Positions 31,284-36,337 of a stretch of DNA of 36,337 bases are shown piece after piece. The DNA is from a virus (taxonomy: Duplodnaviria > Heunggongvirae > Uroviricota > Caudoviricetes), in IMG/VR virus record IMGVR_UViG_2541047902_000001; one strand, written 5' to 3'. Under the pieces are notes generated by a model. The model was given only the letters and a program-made list of their open reading frames with translations. It was not told the DNA's origin and searched no databases. Every line of letters starts with the position of its first letter. Position 1 is the first letter of the stretch. Made by a program: the position numbers and the translations under genes.

Positions 31284-32309
31284 ATGTCGATGTACACAAC
31301 CGCCCAGCTGCTGGCGGCAAATGAGCAGAAATTTAAGTTTGATCCGCTGTTTCTGCGTCTCTTTTTCCGTGAGAGCTATCCCTTCACCACGGAGAAAGTC
31401 TATCTCTCACAAATTCCGGGACTGGTAAACATGGCGCTGTACGTTTCGCCGATTGTTTCCGGTGAGGTTATCCGTTCCCGTGGCGGCTCCACCTCTGAAT
31501 TTACGCCGGGATATGTCAAGCCGAAGCATGAAGTGAATCCGCAGATGACCCTGCGTCGCCTGCCGGATGAAGATCCGCAGAATCTGGCGGACCCGGCTTA
31601 CCGCCGCCGTCGCATCATCATGCAGAACATGCGTGACGAAGAGCTGGCCATTGCTCAGGTCGAAGAGATGCAGGCAGTTTCTGCCGTGCTTAAGGGCAAA
31701 TACACCATGACCGGTGAAGCCTTCGATCCGGTTGAGGTGGATATGGGCCGCAGTGAGGAGAATAACATCACGCAGTCCGGCGGCACGGAGTGGAGCAAGC
31801 GTGACAAGTCCACGTATGACCCGACCGACGATATCGAAGCCTACGCGCTGAACGCCAGCGGTGTGGTGAATATCATCGTGTTCGATCCGAAAGGCTGGGC
31901 GCTGTTCCGTTCCTTCAAAGCCGTCAAGGAGAAGCTGGATACCCGTCGTGGCTCTCATTCCGAGCTGGAGACAGCGGTGAAAGACCTGGGCAAAGCGGTG
32001 TCCTATAAGGGGATGTATGGCGATGTGGCCATCGTCGTGTATTCCGGACAGTACGTGGAAAACGGCGTCAAAAAGAACTTCCTGCCGGACAACACGATGG
32101 TGCTGGGGAACACTCAGGCACGCGGTCTGCGCACCTATGGCTGCATTCAGGATGCGGACGCACAGCGCGAAGGCATTAACGCCTCTGCCCGTTACCCGAA
32201 AAACTGGGTGACCACCGGCGATCCGGCGCGTGAGTTCACCATGATTCAGTCAGCACCGCTGATGCTGCTGGCTGATCCTGATGAGTTCGTGTCTGTACAA
32301 CTGGCGTAA
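31284..32309 (+). CDS. E: Major capsid protein E
   Basis: 341-aa frame MSMYTTAQLLAANEQKFKFDPLFLRLF... matching lambda gpE. Confidence 0.97.
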   Translation: MSMYTTAQLLAANEQKFKFDPLFLRLFFRESYPFTTEKVYLSQIPGLVNMALYVSPIVSGEVIRSRGGSTSEFTPGYVKPKHEVNPQMTLRRLPDEDPQNLADPAYRRRRIIMQNMRDEELAIAQVEEMQAVSAVLKGKYTMTGEAFDPVEVDMGRSEENNITQSGGTEWSKRDKSTYDPTDDIEAYALNASGVVNIIVFDPKGWALFRSFKAVKEKLDTRRGSHSELETAVKDLGKAVSYKGMYGDVAIVVYSGQYVENGVKKNFLPDNTMVLGNTQARGLRTYGCIQDADAQREGINASARYPKNWVTTGDPAREFTMIQSAPLMLLADPDEFVSVQLA

Positions 32310-32350
32310 TCATGGCCCTTCGGGGCCATTTTCTCTCTGTGGAGGAGTTC

Positions 32351-32749
32351 ATGACGAAAGATGAACTGATTGCCCGTCTTCAGGAGCTGGGTGAGCAACT
32401 GAACCGCGATGTCAGTTTGACGGGAACGAAAGAAGAACTGGCGCTTCGTGTGGCAGAGCTGGAAGAAGAGCTTGATGACACGGATGAAACTGCCGGTCAG
32501 GACACCCCTCTCAGCCGGGAAAATGTGCTGACCGGGCATGAAAATGAGGTGGTATCAGCGCAGCCGGATACCGTGATTCAGGATACGGCTGAACTGGTCA
32601 CGGTCGTGGCACTGGTGACGCTGCATACTGATGCGCTTCACGCCACGCGGGATAAACCTGTGGCATTTGTGCTGCCGGGAACGGCGTTTCGTGTCTCTGC
32701 CGGTGTGGCAGCCGAAATGACAGAACGTGGCCTGGCCAGAATGCAATAA
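32351..32749 (+). CDS. FI: DNA-packaging protein FI
   Basis: 132-aa frame from MTKDELIARLQELGEQLNRDVSLTGTKEELALRVAEL... matching lambda FI. Confidence 0.9.
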   Translation: MTKDELIARLQELGEQLNRDVSLTGTKEELALRVAELEEELDDTDETAGQDTPLSRENVLTGHENEVVSAQPDTVIQDTAELVTVVALVTLHTDALHATRDKPVAFVLPGTAFRVSAGVAAEMTERGLARMQ

Positions 32750-32760
32750 CGGGAGGCGCT

Positions 32761-33114
32761 GTGGCTGATTTCGATAACCTGTTCGATGCTGCCATTGCCC
32801 GCGCTGATGAAACGATACGCGGGTACATGGGAACGTCAGCCACCATTACATCCGGTGAGCAGTCCGGTGCGGTGATACGTGGTGTTTTTGATGACCCTGA
32901 AAATATCAGCTATGCCGGACAGGGCGTGCGCGTTGAAGGCTCCAGCCCGTCCCTGTTTGTCCGGACTGATGATGTGCGGCAGCTGCGGCGTGGAGACACG
33001 CTGATCATCGGTGAGGAAAACTTCTGGGTAGATCGGGTTACGCCGGATGATGGCGGAAGCTGTCATCTCTGGCTTGGGCGGGGCGTACCGCCTGCCGTTA
33101 ACCGTCGCCGCTGA
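32761..33114 (+). CDS. FII: Head completion protein FII
   Basis: 117-aa ORF (GTG start) matching lambda FII. Confidence 0.93.
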   Translation: MADFDNLFDAAIARADETIRGYMGTSATITSGEQSGAVIRGVFDDPENISYAGQGVRVEGSSPSLFVRTDDVRQLRRGDTLIIGEENFWVDRVTPDDGGSCHLWLGRGVPPAVNRRR

Positions 33115-33125
33115 AAGGGGGATGT

Positions 33126-33704
33126 ATGGCCATAAAAGGTCTTGAGCAGGCCGTTGAAAACCTCAGCCGTATCAGCAAAACGGCGGTGCCTGGTGCCGCC
33201 GCAATGGCCATTAACCGCGTTGCTTCATCCGCGATATCGCAGTCTGCGTCACAGGTTGCCCGTGAGACAAAGGTACGCCGGAAACTGGTAAAGGAAAGGG
33301 CCAGGCTGAAAAGGGCCACGGTCAAAAATCCGCAGGCCAGAATCAGGGTTAACCGGGGGGATTTGCCCGTAATCAGGCTGGGTAATGCGCGGGTTGTCCT
33401 GTCCCGCCGCAGGCGTCGTAAAAAGGGGCAGCGTTCATCCCTGAAAGGTGGCGGCAGCGTGCTTGTGGTGGGAAACCGTCGTATTCCCGGCGCGTTTATT
33501 CAGCAACTGAAAAATGGCCGGTGGCATGTCATGCAGCGTGTGGCCGGGAAAAACCGTTACCCCATTGATGTGGTGAAAATCCCGATGGCGGTGCCGCTGA
33601 CCACGGCGTTTAAACAGAATATTGAGCGGATACGGCGTGAGCGTCTTCCGAAAGAGCTGGGCTATGCGCTGCAGCATCAACTGAGAATGGTAATAAAGCG
33701 ATGA
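33126..33704 (+). CDS. Z: Tail completion protein Z
   Basis: 192-aa ORF matching lambda gpZ. Confidence 0.95.
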   Translation: MAIKGLEQAVENLSRISKTAVPGAAAMAINRVASSAISQSASQVARETKVRRKLVKERARLKRATVKNPQARIRVNRGDLPVIRLGNARVVLSRRRRRKKGQRSSLKGGGSVLVVGNRRIPGAFIQQLKNGRWHVMQRVAGKNRYPIDVVKIPMAVPLTTAFKQNIERIRRERLPKELGYALQHQLRMVIKR

Positions 33705-34096
33705 AACATACTGAACTCCGTGCAGCCGTACTGGATGCACTGGAGAAGCATGACACCGGGGCGACGCTTTTTGATGGTCGCCCCGCTGTTTTTGATGAGG
33801 CGGATTTTCCGGCAGTTGCCGTTTATCTCACCGGCGCTGAATACACGGGCGAAGAGCTGGACAGCGATACCTGGCAGGCGGAGCTGCATATCGAAGTTTT
33901 CCTGCCTGCTCAGGTGCCGGATTCAGAGCTGGATGCGTGGATGGAGTCCCGGATTTATCCGGTGATGAGCGATATCCCGGCACTGTCAGATTTGATCACC
34001 AGTATGGTGGCCAGTGGCTATGACTACCGGCGCGACGATGATGCGGGCCTGTGGAGTTCAGCCGATCTGACTTATGTCATTACCTATGAAATGTGA
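33701..34096 (+). CDS. U: Tail terminator protein U
   Basis: 131-aa ORF matching lambda gpU. Confidence 0.95.
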   Translation: MKHTELRAAVLDALEKHDTGATLFDGRPAVFDEADFPAVAVYLTGAEYTGEELDSDTWQAELHIEVFLPAQVPDSELDAWMESRIYPVMSDIPALSDLITSMVASGYDYRRDDDAGLWSSADLTYVITYEM

Positions 34097-34103
34097 GGAC
34101 GAT

Positions 34104-34844
34104 ATGCCAACACCAAATCCTCTGGCACCGGTGAAAGGGGCCGGGACCACACTGTGGGTTTATAAGGGGAACGGTGACCCTTATGCGAACCCGCTTTCAG
34201 ACGTTGACTGGTCGCGTCTGGCAAAAGTTAAAGACCTGACGCCCGGCGAACTGACCGCTGAGTCCTATGACGACAGCTATCTCGATGATGAAGATGCGGA
34301 CTGGACTGCGACCGGGCAGGGGCAGAAATCTGCCGGAGATACCAGCTTCACGCTGGCGTGGATGCCCGGAGAGCAGGGGCAGCAGGCGCTGCTGGCGTGG
34401 TTTAATGAAGGTGATACCCGTGCCTATAAAATCCGCTTTCCTAACGGCACGGTCGATGTGTTCCGTGGCTGGGTCAGCAGTATCGGTAAAGCGGTGACGG
34501 CGAAGGAAGTGATCACCCGCACGGTGAAGGTCACCAATGTTGGACGCCCGTCGATGGCTGAAGATCGCAGTACGGTGACGGCAGCAACCGGCATGACGGT
34601 AACGCCAGCCAGTGCTTCCGTAGTGAAAGGGCAGAGCACCACGCTGACCGTGGCATTCCAGCCGGAAGGTGTAACCGACAAGAGCTTCCGTGCGGTGTCT
34701 GCGGATAAAACAAAAGCCACCGTGTCGGTCAGTGGTATGACCATCACCGTGAACGGCGTTGCTGCAGGCAAGGTCAACATTCCGGTCGTATCCGGTAATG
34801 GTGAGTTTGCTGCGGTTGCAGAAATCACCGTCACCGCCAGTTAA
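34104..34844 (+). CDS. V: Major tail protein V
   Basis: 246-aa frame from [22 protein letters not shown]... matching lambda gpV including the C-terminal Ig-like domain. Confidence 0.95.
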   Translation: MPTPNPLAPVKGAGTTLWVYKGNGDPYANPLSDVDWSRLAKVKDLTPGELTAESYDDSYLDDEDADWTATGQGQKSAGDTSFTLAWMPGEQGQQALLAWFNEGDTRAYKIRFPNGTVDVFRGWVSSIGKAVTAKEVITRTVKVTNVGRPSMAEDRSTVTAATGMTVTPASASVVKGQSTTLTVAFQPEGVTDKSFRAVSADKTKATVSVSGMTITVNGVAAGKVNIPVVSGNGEFAAVAEITVTAS

Positions 34845-34859
34845 TCCGGAGAGTCAGCG

Positions 34860-35276
34860 ATGTTCCTGAAAACCGAATCATTTGAATATAACGGCGTGAC
34901 CGTCACGCTTTCTGAACTGTCAGCCCTGCAGCGTATTGAGCATCTCGCTCTGATGAAACAGCAGGCAGAATCCGACAGCAACCGGAAGTTTACTGTGGAA
35001 GACGTCATCAGAACCGGCGCTTTTGTGGTGGTGGCGATGTCCCTGTGGCATAACCATCCGCAGAAGACGCAGATGCCGTCCATGAATGAAGCCGTTAAAC
35101 AGATTGAGCAGGAAGTGCTTACCACCTGGCCCACAGAGGCAATTTCTCATGCTGAAAACGTGGTGTACCGGCTGTCCGGAATGTATGAGTTTGTGGTGAA
35201 TAATGCCCCTGAACAGGCAGATGACGCCGGGCCTGCAGAGCCTGTTTCTGCGGGAAAGTGTTCGACGGTGAGCTGA
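34860..35276 (+). CDS. G: Tail assembly chaperone G
   Basis: 138-aa ORF matching lambda gpG; ends just after the slippery site. Confidence 0.93.
   Translation: MFLKTESFEYNGVTVTLSELSALQRIEHLALMKQQAESDSNRKFTVEDVIRTGAFVVVAMSLWHNHPQKTQMPSMNEAVKQIEQEVLTTWPTEAISHAENVVYRLSGMYEFVVNNAPEQADDAGPAEPVSAGKCSTVS
35252..35258 (+). promoter_or_regulatory. Programmed -1 ribosomal frameshift slippery heptamer G_GGA_AAG (G to G-T frame)
   Basis: Heptamer in the G zero frame 6 codons before the G stop; the -1 frame continues open with the gpT N-terminal sequence [27 protein letters not shown]. Confidence 0.85.
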
Positions 35277-36007
35277 GTTTTGCCCTGAAACTGGCGCGAG
35301 AGATGGGGCGACCCGACTGGCGCGCCATGCTTGCCGGGATCCCTTATGCGAACCCGCTTTCAGACGTTGACTGGTCGCGTCTGGCAAAAGTTAAAGACCT
35401 GACACCCGGCGAACTGACCGCTGAGTCCTATGACGACAGCTATCTCGATGATGAAGATGCGGACTGGACTGCGACCGGGCAGGGGCAGAAATCAGCCGGA
35501 GATACCAGCTTCACGCTGGCGTGGATGCCCGGAGAGCAGGGGCAGCAGGCGCTGCTGGCGTGGTTTAATGAAGGTGATACCCGTGCCTATAAAATCCGCT
35601 TTCCTAACGGCACGGTCGATGTGTTCCGTGGCTGGGTCAGCAGTATCGGTAAAGCGGTGACGGCGAAGGAAGTGATCACCCGCACGGTGAAGGTCACCAA
35701 TGTGGGACGCCCGTCGATGGCTGAAGATCGCAGTACGGTGACGGCGGCAACCGGCATGACGGTAACGCCAGCCAGTGCGTCCGTAGTGAAAGGACAGAGC
35801 ACCACGCTGACCGTGGCATTCCAGCCGGAAGGCGTAACCGACAAGAGCTTCCGTGCGGTGTCTTCGGATAAAACAAAAGCCACCGTGTCGGTCAGTGGTA
35901 TGACCATCACCGTGAACGGCGTTGCTGCAGGCAAGGTCAACATTCCGGTCGTATCCGGTAATGGTGAGTTTGCTGCGGTTGCAGAAATCACCGTCACCGC
36001 CAGTTAA
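35258..36007 (+). other. Chimeric ORF: gpT N-terminal 27 codons fused in frame to V residues 26-246 (product of the tandem duplication), in the -1 frame of G
   Basis: 249-aa [30 protein letters not shown]|[17 protein letters not shown]...; junction at 35340/35341. Confidence 0.7.
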
Positions 36008-36022
36008 TCCGGAGAGTCAGCG

Positions 36023-36337
36023 ATGTTCCTGAAAACCGAATCATTTGAATATAACGGCGTGACCGTCACGCTTTCTGAACTGTCAGCCCTGCAGCGTATT
36101 GAGCATCTCGCTCTGATGAAACAGCAGGCAGAATCCGACAGCAACCGGAAGTTTACTGTGGAAGACGTCATCAGAACCGGCGCTTTTGTGGTGGCGATGT
36201 CCCTGTGGCATAACCATCCGCAGAAGACGCAGATGCCGTCCATGAATGAAGCCGTTAAACAGATTGAGCAGGAAGTGCTTACCACCTGGCCCACAGAGGC
36301 AATTTCTCATGCTGAAAACGTGGTGTACCGGCTGTCC
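36023..36337 (+). CDS. G: Second copy of tail assembly chaperone G (partial, runs off the window end)
   Basis: About 99 percent identical to the first G but with a 3-bp in-frame deletion (GAFVVAMSLW vs [11 protein letters not shown]). Confidence 0.85.
   Translation, partial: MFLKTESFEYNGVTVTLSELSALQRIEHLALMKQQAESDSNRKFTVEDVIRTGAFVVAMSLWHNHPQKTQMPSMNEAVKQIEQEVLTTWPTEAISHAENVVYRLS

Larger units (their letters stand above)
34178..36337. repeat. Direct tandem duplication of a 1163-bp unit [V codons 26-246 + G + first 27 codons of T]; copy 1 34178-35340, copy 2 35341 to window end
   Basis: Copies align with about 9 substitutions and one 3-bp indel; junction GCCGGGAT|CCCTTATGCG. Confidence 0.9.

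Overview
The window is the left junction and about 35 kb of a lambda-family prophage integrated at the canonical E. coli attB-lambda site, next to host ybhC (1-1284). It runs from attL (core GCTTTTTTATACTAA at 1331-1345) through int-xis, the leftward early operon, the immunity region, replication genes O and P, a nin/Q module, a lysis cassette, cos, terminase, head genes and tail genes as far as V-G; the window ends inside a second copy of G. All identifications rest on reading the sequence and on recalled reference protein sequences (lambda, phage 21, P22, DLP12); no database search was possible. The phage is strongly mosaic: lambda-like recombination, O/P, head and tail genes; P22-type N with matching nutL/nutR boxB hairpins; a non-lambda cI/cro; DLP12-type ylcH-ybcN-ninE-ybcO-rusA-ylcG plus a phage-82-type Q; and phage-21-type pinholin, SAR endolysin and Nu1 N-terminal domain. 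Non-lambda cargo sits in four classical accessory slots. The strongest candidate for an undescribed system is a 299-aa single-pass membrane protein in the rexAB position downstream of cI (9405-10304), which I could not assign to any family. The other cargo genes are a 200-aa polytopic membrane protein antisense to the pL operon in the ea8.5/ea22 slot, a 1302-aa invasin-like inverse autotransporter in the ren slot, and a Blc-like lipocalin, a Cys-rich DUF523/DUF1722-like protein and an apparently frameshifted AraC-family regulator between Q and the lysis genes. Other notable points are a +1 frameshift in rusA, loss of the ea10 ATG, and a diverged tandem duplication of the V(26-end)-G-T(1-27) block that places a T'::V' chimeric ORF directly downstream of the G slippery site GGGAAAG.
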